64,000 bases of DNA from an uncultured Alphaproteobacteria bacterium (GTDB lineage: Bacteria; Pseudomonadota; Alphaproteobacteria; RF32; CAG-239), in the NCBI GenBank assembly GCA_944392225.1, contig CALXWB010000004.1:206-64205 (forward strand), given 5' to 3'. Positions 55,779 to 64,000 of the stretch are shown piece by piece. The position numbers were made by a program, and so were the translations under genes. Position 1 is the stretch's first letter; each line of letters opens with the position of its first letter. A model generated the notes under the pieces. The model searched no databases, was not told the DNA's origin, and worked only from the letters and a program-made list of their open reading frames with translations.

Positions 55779-58700
55779 TTAAGAATCAGAACGATTGCGC
55801 TCTTCTTCTTCTCTTCGACGCTCTTCCTCCTCTCTTCGGCGTTCCTCTTCTTCTCTTCGACGCTCTTCCTCCTCTCTTCGGCGTTCCTCTTCTTCTCTTC
55901 GGCGTTCTTCCTCGCGCTGTCTTCGTTGTTCACGTTCGTCTCTGCGCTCTCTTTCTTTTTGCTCACGTTCTTGGCGTCGTTTTTCTTCTCGGCGTTGCCG
56001 TTTTTCTTGTTGTTTTCTTTCTTGTTCTTTGGCTTTGTTTGTAAAGTCGCGATCCTCAAAATCACGGTGTTCGCCTGCTGCAGCCAAGATAACATTTCTG
56101 CCGATATTGAGAAAACTAGCGGCAGATCTGAGAGATTTTCCGCCCACGTGCATGGTTTTGGTATAAGCGCGTCCGACTTTTGTTTTGGCCTTAAATCCGC
56201 GGTAGAGTGTTTTCATGCCCAATCCAACAACTCTGCCTGTAGTAGAAATGGGTTTAACGGTTGCACCATAAGCAAGGCCAAAAGCGGTATCAACGGTTTT
56301 AGCCGCCAAACCGACAGGAATTCCCACCGCAGTCATAAGCGGTCGTGTTAAAAATTTGGTGGATTGAAAAGCCGTATCAGCAAGATTAACAACATTTCCG
56401 CCGGCCTGCAAAACAGGATCAATAACCATACGAGCCGCATCATTAATCACCAATCCGGCATGCCCCACGGGACGAGCCACATATTTTCCGAACGCGCCGA
56501 TGGTTTTTGCTGTATCAAGAGCTGTAAGAATTGTTCTTTCGCTTAAATTATATGAGGTATCAACCAAGTCGTTCGTAACGGCGCTGACGGATTTAATCAA
56601 GGCAACGCCGGGGCGGACAACACGTCCGAGACCTCTGGAATCTCTGACATAATCCGAATTGGCCTCAAGAGTTTGTTCTGTGCGCTTGTTGGCCACAAGG
56701 GGACCGGATTCTTTCCAAGTTTCTCTAAAACCTGTAACCCCTCGTTTGAGATCTTTGCCCAAGTTGCGCAAATGAAAGGCAGAAATAATATTGGCAGCAT
56801 CTGTTTGAATATTTTGTTGTGCGCGTTTTTCGGCACGAGCCACGTTTTTAACATAATTTTGTAGGCCGCCTTGGAAGTGTTGTCGGCTACGTGTAAAATC
56901 TTGAGCGCTGGATGTAAAATCAGCCTTAAAAGCAGCGCCGGAATTTTTAACACCTTGAATAACGGAAGATTTTGCTGATTGCAGATAAGACTTAAGATTG
57001 GCTTTAGAGAAAGCCTTTTTAATATTTTCTGCTTTGGGCAGAGTCACGGCTTGTTTGAGCTGAGCCAGACTCTCGGCATATTTGGCATCATCTTGAGGCT
57101 GTGTGCTCGGAGTTTGCCCCGTAATCTCGTTTTTAACGTCGGCAAGCGTTCCGACAAATTGTTGTTTGCTTGAAACAAAAGCATCTTTAATATCAGAGAA
57201 AGGAACAGCGCCCGTGGCGGCAGCCTTATCGCCGGCTTTTTCAACACCGCTTGCCAAAGATTGAGCCGCTTTAGCCAAACTGACATTTATATTGGCTCCC
57301 AATTGGCCGAATTTTCCGCCGATAACATCTCTCATTCCGGCATGGTTAATCCTGTTATGTTGATCCAAAGAATCAGCCACGTTTTTAAGTTCATTTGCGC
57401 CTTTAACCCATTTTTGCGTTGCTCTTTGAACAAAGCGCCCGGTTCCGCCGGCAATTTTTCCGGCAGCAAAAGTTGCCGCGCCGCCGGCGACATTAATCCC
57501 GGCCTTGGCAACGGTTGTAGCAGCCTTGCCGGCTTGATAAGAGACAATATTGGCCGCAGTTTTAAAAGGCTTTGAAATTTTGTTAGATAGCCACATTGTG
57601 GCAGCGGTTGCCATATGGTGCATCGGGGATCCGGCATTTTGTGTCATGCTGCCGCCAAAGAACATATTTGGATATTTATTTGTGATATCTCCGATAAGTT
57701 TATAGGCATAAATATAGCAAAATAGAAGAATCAAGAATGATGGTCCGGTAAAGTCAAACAGACCGTCAATATATTCCACATTATCATTTTTAAAAGCCTC
57801 AAAAATGGCATCTTTGCCGCTGAGAGCCGTTCCGTTTTCATCAGTAATTTGCTGTTCGCTGACAAAGGCCTGAGAAATCAACCTAATGGCATAAGAAGAT
57901 GAAAGCGCCAGGAATAAGAAGGTTCCGGCAGCATTGACGGCAATCATCACCACGGATTTAAGTTTACTTTTGGTCAAATTGAAAGGCCACAGGCCGATAA
58001 CCACCGGCAAAGCAATAATGGCAAAGCCGATTTTGAACGGAATATCAATAAGATAATAACACACACAAAGCACCAGCATAAAGCCGATACACCAAATGGC
58101 AGCTCCGCAGAGCCAAATCCAAATATCGGGGATATGAATATCAATCAACGGTGCAGAAATATTAAAGCCGGCAATGACGGAATAGCAGGTCAAGCCATTG
58201 CCGATAATAAGGTTTGTGGCCACTTCGTTGCTGACGGCTTCAGAAAGGCGCAAAACCTTATCCATCACGCTTTTAGAGATAATTTCCGTTGGTCCCTGAT
58301 ATTGGTTTTCGGGTTGAGGCGGGGTGCTCACATCAATATTTTCGGTTTCCAACAAGAGGGCGGTTCCAAAGTCTGCCCCGGCAGCCAAAATCGGGTTAAT
58401 GGCCAAGCTGACCAAAGCGCCGATCCCGGCATTGATAAAACAAAAAGCAACGATGACTTTGCCGATAAAGACCAAAATTTCTTGCACGGAAGAAGCCGGC
58501 TCAACATTGGCAAAGGAAGAAACTTTTTTCATGGCCCAAAAAGCAAGCCATAAGAAAGTTCCGAGCAAAAGGAGCTTATTACCGGCTTCTTTGGAAACAT
58601 CATAGACTTTGCTGCAGGCCGTCATAAAAGATTTAAGCAAAACATTAACAATCTCGCAAGGGAAACAATCTCCCTGATACCTTTCTTGCAAAACGGTAAG

Positions 58701-58841
58701 ACTTGGGCATTCTTCGGAATAAGAGGCAGCCGAAGCAGAAGAAATGTCGGAGCCGAAAGAAAACAACATCAGCAAAGCAAGGAACAATAAGATATTGTGC
58801 CTTTTTTGAAGATTAAATATGTCAAACAAAGAGTTTATCAT
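55779..58841 (-). CDS. virB6: VirB6/TrbL-like polytopic protein with a long C-terminal extension ending in an E/R-repeat helix (1020 aa)
   Basis: Signal-like N-terminus. 'GDCFPCEIVNVL' + TM + 'KKVSSFANVEP' block is shared with the paralogues. Multiple TM helices up to aa ~400. Then a long soluble Ala/Gly/Lys-rich region. It ends '(EERRREEE)n'. Confidence 0.6.
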   Translation of the reverse strand: MINSLFDIFNLQKRHNILLFLALLMLFSFGSDISSASAASYSEECPSLTVLQERYQGDCFPCEIVNVLLKSFMTACSKVYDVSKEAGNKLLLLGTFLWLAFWAMKKVSSFANVEPASSVQEILVFIGKVIVAFCFINAGIGALVSLAINPILAAGADFGTALLLETENIDVSTPPQPENQYQGPTEIISKSVMDKVLRLSEAVSNEVATNLIIGNGLTCYSVIAGFNISAPLIDIHIPDIWIWLCGAAIWCIGFMLVLCVCYYLIDIPFKIGFAIIALPVVIGLWPFNLTKSKLKSVVMIAVNAAGTFLFLALSSSYAIRLISQAFVSEQQITDENGTALSGKDAIFEAFKNDNVEYIDGLFDFTGPSFLILLFCYIYAYKLIGDITNKYPNMFFGGSMTQNAGSPMHHMATAATMWLSNKISKPFKTAANIVSYQAGKAATTVAKAGINVAGGAATFAAGKIAGGTGRFVQRATQKWVKGANELKNVADSLDQHNRINHAGMRDVIGGKFGQLGANINVSLAKAAQSLASGVEKAGDKAAATGAVPFSDIKDAFVSSKQQFVGTLADVKNEITGQTPSTQPQDDAKYAESLAQLKQAVTLPKAENIKKAFSKANLKSYLQSAKSSVIQGVKNSGAAFKADFTSSAQDFTRSRQHFQGGLQNYVKNVARAEKRAQQNIQTDAANIISAFHLRNLGKDLKRGVTGFRETWKESGPLVANKRTEQTLEANSDYVRDSRGLGRVVRPGVALIKSVSAVTNDLVDTSYNLSERTILTALDTAKTIGAFGKYVARPVGHAGLVINDAARMVIDPVLQAGGNVVNLADTAFQSTKFLTRPLMTAVGIPVGLAAKTVDTAFGLAYGATVKPISTTGRVVGLGMKTLYRGFKAKTKVGRAYTKTMHVGGKSLRSAASFLNIGRNVILAAAGEHRDFEDRDFTNKAKEQERKQQEKRQRREEKRRQEREQKERERRDEREQRRQREEERRREEEERRREEEERRREEEERRREEEERRREEEERNRSDS
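55791..56040 (-). repeat. Charged E/R/K/Q tract with a 24-bp periodic core encoding (EERRREEE)x5
   Basis: CTCTTCGACGCTCTTCCTCCTCTCTTCGGCGTTCCTCTTCTT... repeats between about 55797 and 55915. The plus-strand 'SSSLRR' ORF 55795..56166 is its antisense shadow. Confidence 0.85.
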
Positions 58842-58844
58842 GGT

Positions 58845-60221
58845 TTAATCTTTCCCCTGCAGAGAATTAAGCTTATCACTAATTCTTTTATGTGCATCTT
58901 TGGCATCTTGATATTTTTTGTTCACGGCCATAGCGGCTTTGCCGATTTTTGTTTTTTTGGCCTTTTCCATGGCTTCCTGAACTTTTTTCATGCGTTGCAG
59001 TCCGTCAATAACTTTACTTCCGCCGGCGGTAAGCCAAGCAAGAACGGCCTTACCAAGCCCCATAACCAAGGCTTCCAATTTTTTCTGAAAATTAGCTTTG
59101 ACGGATTCGCCGATAATGGCAGAAACCATTTTTTGCGCTACGGAGAGCGTATTTTTGATAAGAAAAGCCAAAAGCAACAAGCCCATAACGGCGGGGTTAA
59201 GCTCTTTAAAGGCGGCTTCTTGTTCTTCGCCCTGCGGGTTAAATGTTTCTGGGTTGTCTTGCAAAATCTGCGTAACAGCCAGAAGCGCCATGGCAATAAG
59301 CAAAGCAATCACCATCATAAAGGCGGCAGAAGTAAATATGGAAACAACACCTTTGTTGGTCCAGTTTCTTGTTTGCTGAAAAGCATAGGCCATAATCAAG
59401 AGCGGCAAAATAACCACCATAATGGTAAATTTAAATATGGTATCCACCAGATAGAAGACAAAGCCGAGCTTGATTATGGTAAAGCAAACCAAAATGAGCA
59501 GACCGACAATGGTGGCCATAAAGCCTTCCATTTTCATAACGCGAAAAGCCAGATAATTTCCCAGTGTCAATCTTTCATTGACCGAGCAAATCATACATTC
59601 CATAAGGTTTCTCGGAGATTCTGGAAAGCCCGTCAAAGAGGCTGTGGCGATTCCGTCAGAGCGGCAAATGATGTTTTGTCCGCCGGTAATGGTTTCGCCA
59701 AACACGGTAATGGTGTTATTACCTTGGGCATCGGGGATGGAAGAAGCCTCCAAAATCTTGCTGCCGAACTCAAGAAAAGCATTATAAACAGGGAAAATGA
59801 CCATATTTAAGATCCACAACAATCCCTCGGTAGAAGAGGCCAGATAGCCGCAAATAAAGCATAGCAATAGCTTCTGCAGCACTTCGTTCCACATTTCCAA
59901 ATGTTCGCCGGAAGCATCTTTGAAAGAACTGACAAATTTCAGGAGTCTGAAAGCAAACCACACGGCAAAGGCAACCATCATAAAAGAAAGAGCTCCTTGC
60001 GTAATTTTGCTATACATGCCCATAGCCACTTTTCCCATGGTGTCATAAAGCAAAGAAAGAACTTCTTTTTGCCAACATTGCCGATGTTCTTCCGCCAAAG
60101 ATTTTTCGTCTTGATCTTCAGGCATAGCCCCTTCTTTAGAGCAGCCGGACAAGGTAAAAGCTACCGCAATCAAGAGCAGTGCCATTCCTAAAAATCTCAA
60201 TATTTTTACCTTGTTCAACAT
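58845..60221 (-). CDS. virB6: VirB6/TrbL-like polytopic protein (458 aa, minimal paralogue, lipobox-bearing N-terminus)
   Basis: 'FTLSGC' lipobox. 'RQCWQKEV...' + TM + 'LKFVSSFKDASGEHL' block as in the paralogues. About 6-7 TM helices. Short Lys-rich C-terminus. Confidence 0.6.
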   Translation of the reverse strand: MLNKVKILRFLGMALLLIAVAFTLSGCSKEGAMPEDQDEKSLAEEHRQCWQKEVLSLLYDTMGKVAMGMYSKITQGALSFMMVAFAVWFAFRLLKFVSSFKDASGEHLEMWNEVLQKLLLCFICGYLASSTEGLLWILNMVIFPVYNAFLEFGSKILEASSIPDAQGNNTITVFGETITGGQNIICRSDGIATASLTGFPESPRNLMECMICSVNERLTLGNYLAFRVMKMEGFMATIVGLLILVCFTIIKLGFVFYLVDTIFKFTIMVVILPLLIMAYAFQQTRNWTNKGVVSIFTSAAFMMVIALLIAMALLAVTQILQDNPETFNPQGEEQEAAFKELNPAVMGLLLLAFLIKNTLSVAQKMVSAIIGESVKANFQKKLEALVMGLGKAVLAWLTAGGSKVIDGLQRMKKVQEAMEKAKKTKIGKAAMAVNKKYQDAKDAHKRISDKLNSLQGKD

Positions 60222-60239
60222 ATTTATGCCTTATTTTCT

Positions 60240-62252
60240 TTAATCATTACTTTCAGAACTATTTCTGTTGTTCAATTCAGAATTAAGGTTCTGGCCTTGA
60301 GTCGTGTCGGTATGAGAGTTCCCGCCGGCACCGCCTTTATCGCCACAGGCACCGCCTTTATCGCCACCGGCACCGCCTTTATCGCCGCCGGCACCGCCTT
60401 TATCGCCGCCGGCACCGCCTTTATCGCCACCGGCACCGCCGCTACCGCTGCCGGCACCGCCTTTGTTTCCGGTTTTGCCGCCATATTTACCCAAGCCAAG
60501 CTTTTGTCCAATGGCGGCTCCGGCTTTTCCTGTCAGTTCGTTAGCTTTGTCTGCCACAGCCTTACGTGCAGGTTGGGTGGCTTTTTTGGCCAAGTCGCTG
60601 GCACCTTTGGCCGCCATACCGCCGATTTGAGAGCCGATACCGCTGATTCCGCCGCCGGACATTTTAGAAGCAAGTTGTGTTGCTTGTGAGGTAAATTTGA
60701 AACCGAAAATGCAGCAGAATAGTAAAATTAAAAATCCGCCGAAACCAATGTCAGTCACTTCTCTTAAAACTTCAACATTATCTTCAGCCATGGCATTAAT
60801 AATGGCGTTCAAACCACCGGCCGTGTCGGAACTGGTTGGTGCCGTTGATGTTGAAGATGTGGAGGTTTCGGTTGTCGTTGTTTCTGTTGTTGTGGTGGTA
60901 GAGGTGGTCTCTGTCTTCGTGCCGGAATCATCGGAAGAGGCAGCCGGAGCGGCGGCAGTGGCCGTATTTCCGCCTGTCAAAGCCTGTCCCACAAGTTGCA
61001 GGTTGATACTGACCACAATACCGATAAATATAAAGGTGAAAACAACGTTGAGAAACATTTCAATTCCCTTTTTAGAATAACCGGTAGTCAGTTTGAAAGG
61101 CCAACAAGCAATCAGGAAGGGCATCAGAGCGCCAACCAAGCCCAAGGTCACCACGGCATCAATCAAATAGAAAGCAAAAGCCAAAGAAAGCATAATTGCA
61201 AAAGCCCAGATGAACAGCCCTTGAAACACCAAACTAAAATCCCAAAAACCAAGAATATCCGTTGCGGCATGTCTGCCCACACACATCAAAGAAGAACCAA
61301 TGGCCTGTGCAACGGAAATTTCCATTTGCACGGAACGGATAAAACAGTCAAGTTTTACATACAAAGAAGTCGGCAAAGTGCTTGTATCATTGGTAATAGT
61401 AACACTTTGAACACACTGGTTCAGAAAGTCTGGAGAATTAAAAAGCATAGCATTGCCAAATTCCAACCCGGCACCCAAAACCGGGGTTATAAAATAATGG
61501 TATATTTGGTCGCGGTTCATCAAAAGCAGAAAGGCAATAACAACCTTAAAAGTCTGCACCAAAAGTTCATTAATAAATTTTGGGGCATCTTGTCTTGTAA
61601 AAGAGCTGACATGGGCCAAGACCTTAAAGGCAATGTAGATGGCAAAACCGACAGCCATCACGGTTGCAATGCTTTTGGCCAATTTATCAAAAGAGAGTTC
61701 GGTCATTTGCTGAGCAGCGGCGTATAAGACGGCAAACAAAGGGCAAAAAGTGCAACTTGAGGCATCGACAATGGCAATCGGTACGGGAGGACAATCTTTC
61801 ATGGTGCCTTTTGTAGCCACGGCGCCGCCCCAAATAGTTTTAACATATTCAATGGTCTCGCCCGTGGTTGGGTCGGTATATGTATAAACATCCTTTCCGG
61901 TATTTTTCAGGTTATCCATGGTGTTGAAGAGAACTTTGAAATTATAAGTAAATCTATTCCACGCTTTCCCCCAAAAGCCATCGGCATTTTCAATATCTTG
62001 CTGCGCATCATAAGTGGCATCATTATAAGCATCAGAAATGCCATAATTTTCACCGCTGTCTGACCCGCTGCCGGTGTCCAATCTTTCATCTTCGCTCTGT
62101 TGCTGTTGTTTCAACACATCATAAGGTGATAAAGAAGAGGAAGAAGAATCTCCGGGGGCAGAAGTTTGGGCAAAGCAGATTCCTCCGGCAAAGAGATATA
62201 ATCCGAGAGCTAAAATAAAGAAAAAAAACTTTTTTGTTTTACTCATCATCAT
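60240..62252 (-). CDS. virB6: VirB6/TrbL-like polytopic protein with a Thr-rich insert and Gly-rich repeat tail (670 aa)
   Basis: Signal 'GGICFAQT'. 'SSCTFCPLFAVL' + TM + 'AHVSSFTRQDAPKFINELL', nearly identical in pattern to the 1195-aa paralogue ('CMLCPLFQVI...SFVSSFSTKDAPTLIKTLL'). Also 'TETTSTTTTTETTTTETSTSSTSTAPTSS' and 'GIGSQIGGMAAKGASDLAKKA'. Tail is (GGAGGDK)x5. Confidence 0.7.
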   Translation of the reverse strand: MMMSKTKKFFFFILALGLYLFAGGICFAQTSAPGDSSSSSLSPYDVLKQQQQSEDERLDTGSGSDSGENYGISDAYNDATYDAQQDIENADGFWGKAWNRFTYNFKVLFNTMDNLKNTGKDVYTYTDPTTGETIEYVKTIWGGAVATKGTMKDCPPVPIAIVDASSCTFCPLFAVLYAAAQQMTELSFDKLAKSIATVMAVGFAIYIAFKVLAHVSSFTRQDAPKFINELLVQTFKVVIAFLLLMNRDQIYHYFITPVLGAGLEFGNAMLFNSPDFLNQCVQSVTITNDTSTLPTSLYVKLDCFIRSVQMEISVAQAIGSSLMCVGRHAATDILGFWDFSLVFQGLFIWAFAIMLSLAFAFYLIDAVVTLGLVGALMPFLIACWPFKLTTGYSKKGIEMFLNVVFTFIFIGIVVSINLQLVGQALTGGNTATAAAPAASSDDSGTKTETTSTTTTTETTTTETSTSSTSTAPTSSDTAGGLNAIINAMAEDNVEVLREVTDIGFGGFLILLFCCIFGFKFTSQATQLASKMSGGGISGIGSQIGGMAAKGASDLAKKATQPARKAVADKANELTGKAGAAIGQKLGLGKYGGKTGNKGGAGSGSGGAGGDKGGAGGDKGGAGGDKGGAGGDKGGACGDKGGAGGNSHTDTTQGQNLNSELNNRNSSESND
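60322..60440 (-). repeat. Five in-frame 21-bp tandem repeats encoding GGAGGDK
   Basis: GGCACCGCCTTTATCGCC(A/G)CC is repeated head-to-tail. Alternative-frame ORFs 60272..60511 and 60297..60689 are artefacts of it. Confidence 0.9.
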
Positions 62253-62427
62253 CTTTATCCTTATGAAAGGGGTTGCCCAAAACCTTAACCCCGATTAAAA
62301 GCATGACAATCACTAATAAAAATGAGAAAACCAGTGCTTTTTTCCCGACAAACAATTCAAAAATATCCAAATAGTATGCCAGCAAGATCAAGAGCAAAAT
62401 AAATATATTAATTAAGTAATTTTTCAT
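62239..62427 (-). CDS. Small two-TM membrane protein, first ORF of the virB6-paralogue operon
   Basis: 62 aa, with 'INIFILLLILLAYYL' and 'LVFSFLLVIVMLLIGV', and an acidic tail KDKDDDE. Overlaps the start of the next gene by 14 nt. No family recognised. Confidence 0.4.
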   Translation of the reverse strand: MKNYLINIFILLLILLAYYLDIFELFVGKKALVFSFLLVIVMLLIGVKVLGNPFHKDKDDDE

Positions 62428-62484
62428 CTTGTTTATCTCATTTCATATTAGCACAAAAAACGCAGCTAAAATGTTACAGTTTCA

Positions 62485-63339
62485 TTATTTCTTATCAAAT
62501 TTGCCGTTTTTCAAAAAATAAATAACCTGGTGGCAGATTTCTTCGTTTTTAAAAGGATTAAAATGTCGATTATCCATAGAGATAACCTGAGCATGTTTTT
62601 CCAAAACGGCTTCATTTTTGTCGTGCAATTCTGAAGATGTTTTGGCGCCGAAAAGCTTAAAAAGCTTCAAAAAGGGGTTTCCGCAGTCAATAACGCCGAG
62701 CGGATATTTTTCATCAATTTCAGAAAGGTAGATTACTTTTTTCGGGGTTGCATTTTTGAGCATCGGCCCGAATATAAGGTTGCAAGTTTTATATTGTGCC
62801 AAATAAGCAAAAAGTTTTGAGCCGCGGTTAGGCGGTGCAACTTCCACAATTTTGTTCACCTTAATTTTGGCTTGCCATTTTTGGTTTGTTCGGCTGAGCA
62901 ATTCGCGCACGATAAGTGCGCCCACGCCTTTGGTCACAAAAGAAATCTCGTTCACATCAATCAAATTATTCAAGAATGTATTCATTTGTGCCACATGAGA
63001 TTCCAAATTTTTTTGAGAAGAAGGATAGTTCAGAGCTGCGGCCATAAAACCGTTTTTGAGGGCCAAACGCCAAAGAGGTTTGAAAATATTTTTAGAATCA
63101 TAAAGTCCGTGCAGCATAATAATCATATGGCCTTTTTGTCTGGGCATTTCATAAACCTCAATAAACTTATAAAAGGCTTTTGAGCATTTTTCAAAAGAGC
63201 CTTCGCAACGTTTAATATCCCAGGGGTCCAAGAGCCGACATTTTCTTGATTCGAAATAGCGCTGGATTCGCCATTTTTGATAAAAGAAGATATCTTCCCA
63301 GAATTGGCTTCCGCCGAGTGTAAAAAAATCAAACCTCAT
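62485..63339 (-). CDS. Alpha/beta-hydrolase-fold-like protein with a non-canonical nucleophile elbow
   Basis: 'HMIIMLHGLYDS' (oxyanion-hole-type HG motif) and 'ISFVTKGVGALIV' where GxSxG is expected. 284 aa. Confidence 0.45.
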   Translation of the reverse strand: MRFDFFTLGGSQFWEDIFFYQKWRIQRYFESRKCRLLDPWDIKRCEGSFEKCSKAFYKFIEVYEMPRQKGHMIIMLHGLYDSKNIFKPLWRLALKNGFMAAALNYPSSQKNLESHVAQMNTFLNNLIDVNEISFVTKGVGALIVRELLSRTNQKWQAKIKVNKIVEVAPPNRGSKLFAYLAQYKTCNLIFGPMLKNATPKKVIYLSEIDEKYPLGVIDCGNPFLKLFKLFGAKTSSELHDKNEAVLEKHAQVISMDNRHFNPFKNEEICHQVIYFLKNGKFDKK

Positions 63340-63348
63340 ATTAGTTCC

Positions 63349-63801
63349 TTATTTATAAATATTTTGATTCGGGATCGCCGTAATGGTCACTTTAGAAGAA
63401 TCGGATCCAGTCGATTCTATAAGAATCTGCACCACACGATTGTTTCGGCCATAAGTCATCTGGCTGAATTTTGCGCGCACGGTAGCCACTTCAATCCAGT
63501 TGAGCTTTGGCATTTCAGACATATAGAAGTCAAAGATATTGCTTGCATTGTAAGGAGAATCAAAGACCAGAGAGCCAATCCAGTTTTCGCCGCTGCCCAA
63601 GGCTTTTGTTTCTTCAATGTCAACATACGATTCTTGCGGAAACGGAATATCGGGAAATTGTGCAAAAGCGGGCGGAATCGCCGAACCGTCAACGCCAAGC
63701 AATTTTGGCTTTTCGGAGGCACAACCGATTAAACAACACATAAATAAGACTAATATACTGTTTTTCAACATTTTATTTTTCCTGAATTTAATTTTTTTCA
63801 A
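63349..63801 (-). CDS. Lipoprotein of unknown function
   Basis: 150 aa. Signal plus lipobox 'CLIGC'. Soluble ~125-aa domain. There is a 9-nt gap to the downstream hydrolase-like gene. Confidence 0.5.
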   Translation of the reverse strand: MKKIKFRKNKMLKNSILVLFMCCLIGCASEKPKLLGVDGSAIPPAFAQFPDIPFPQESYVDIEETKALGSGENWIGSLVFDSPYNASNIFDFYMSEMPKLNWIEVATVRAKFSQMTYGRNNRVVQILIESTGSDSSKVTITAIPNQNIYK

Positions 63802-64000
63802 AAACTTTTAAAGCATTATATATTGTATAGGTTAAAAAAAAGAAAACGCGGAGTCTAAAAAAATAAAAGGTAAAATTGTGGCAAAATAAGCCCGAAAGCG
63901 GAGCAAAACAAAGAAAAAAAGAATTAAAAACAAAAAAAATAAATCAAGAAATCAAAGCATTGCGCCAAAAATGCAAAAAAAAGTAAAAAATAATAAAAAA

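Noticed and set aside
55795-56351. Plus-strand ORFs rich in 'SSSLRR' repeats, and a 126-aa minus-strand ORF (55715..56095).
   Set aside because: These are shadows of the E/R-repeat tail of the 1020-aa VirB6-like gene. The main frame is continuous with a long TM-containing protein.
60272-60689. ORFs encoding 'AVPAAIK' and 'GTAFIATGTAFIA' repeats.
   Set aside because: These are alternative frames of the (GGAGGDK)5 21-bp repeat at the 3' end of the 670-aa VirB6-like gene.
1-64000. Searched for mobile-element boundaries (integrase, transposase, IS inverted repeats, tRNA-adjacent att sites, relaxase/oriT, shufflon sfx repeats next to the pilin genes), and for rRNA/tRNA genes.
   Set aside because: I could not recognise any in the translated ORFs or in the intergenic DNA. 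The housekeeping gene gpt lies within 3 kb of the pilus locus. I therefore do not call the region an ICE, plasmid or genomic island from this window alone.

Overview
This is a gene-dense, moderately AT-rich Gram-negative bacterial segment. It uses the standard genetic code, with TAA and TGA stops and AGGAG-type ribosome-binding sites. Cell-envelope machinery dominates the window.

(1) 1-7.9 kb holds mixed genes: a truncated NMO-family oxidoreductase, a vWA/PP2C/kinase 'TerY-P' triad, a 46-aa lipoprotein, a TlpA-like redoxin, gpt, a PilT/DotB-like ATPase and an LtaS-like sulfatase-domain membrane protein.

(2) 7.9-18.8 kb (minus strand) is a type IVb pilus operon in R64/PAPI-1-like order. It reads: OmpA-like secreted protein, PilL/TcpQ-like lipoprotein, lipoprotein secretin, PilO-like, PilP-like, GspE/PilB ATPase, GspF platform, a leaderless pilin-like protein, and a prepilin.

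(3) 19.1-45.4 kb (plus strand, divergent from the pilus operon) is a VirB/Trb-type type IV secretion operon. It contains three VirB2-like genes, VirB3, VirB4 and six secreted coiled-coil proteins (four with VirB5/TrbJ-like N-termini). These are followed by VirB8, a VirB7-like lipoprotein, a second VirB8, VirB9 with a C-terminal SPOR domain, a 1145-aa repeat protein, a 1682-aa repeat-expanded VirB10 and VirB11.

(4) 45.4-52.0 kb (minus strand) holds an orphan secretin-like lipoprotein module, an 808-aa acidic Trp-repeat protein, an LprI/DUF1311-like protein and a double-HTH regulator.

(5) 52.1-62.4 kb (minus strand) holds four tandem VirB6/TrbL-like paralogues. The last one is fused to an M23 peptidase and a lysozyme-like domain.

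(6) The right edge holds an alpha/beta-hydrolase-like protein and a lipoprotein.

I recognised no rRNA, tRNA, CRISPR array, IS element, integrase, relaxase, VirD4 coupling protein, VirB1 or prepilin peptidase. All assignments rest on reading the translated ORFs and DNA by eye (motifs, topology, synteny). No database search was run, so family names are hypotheses and several start codons are my own re-picks.
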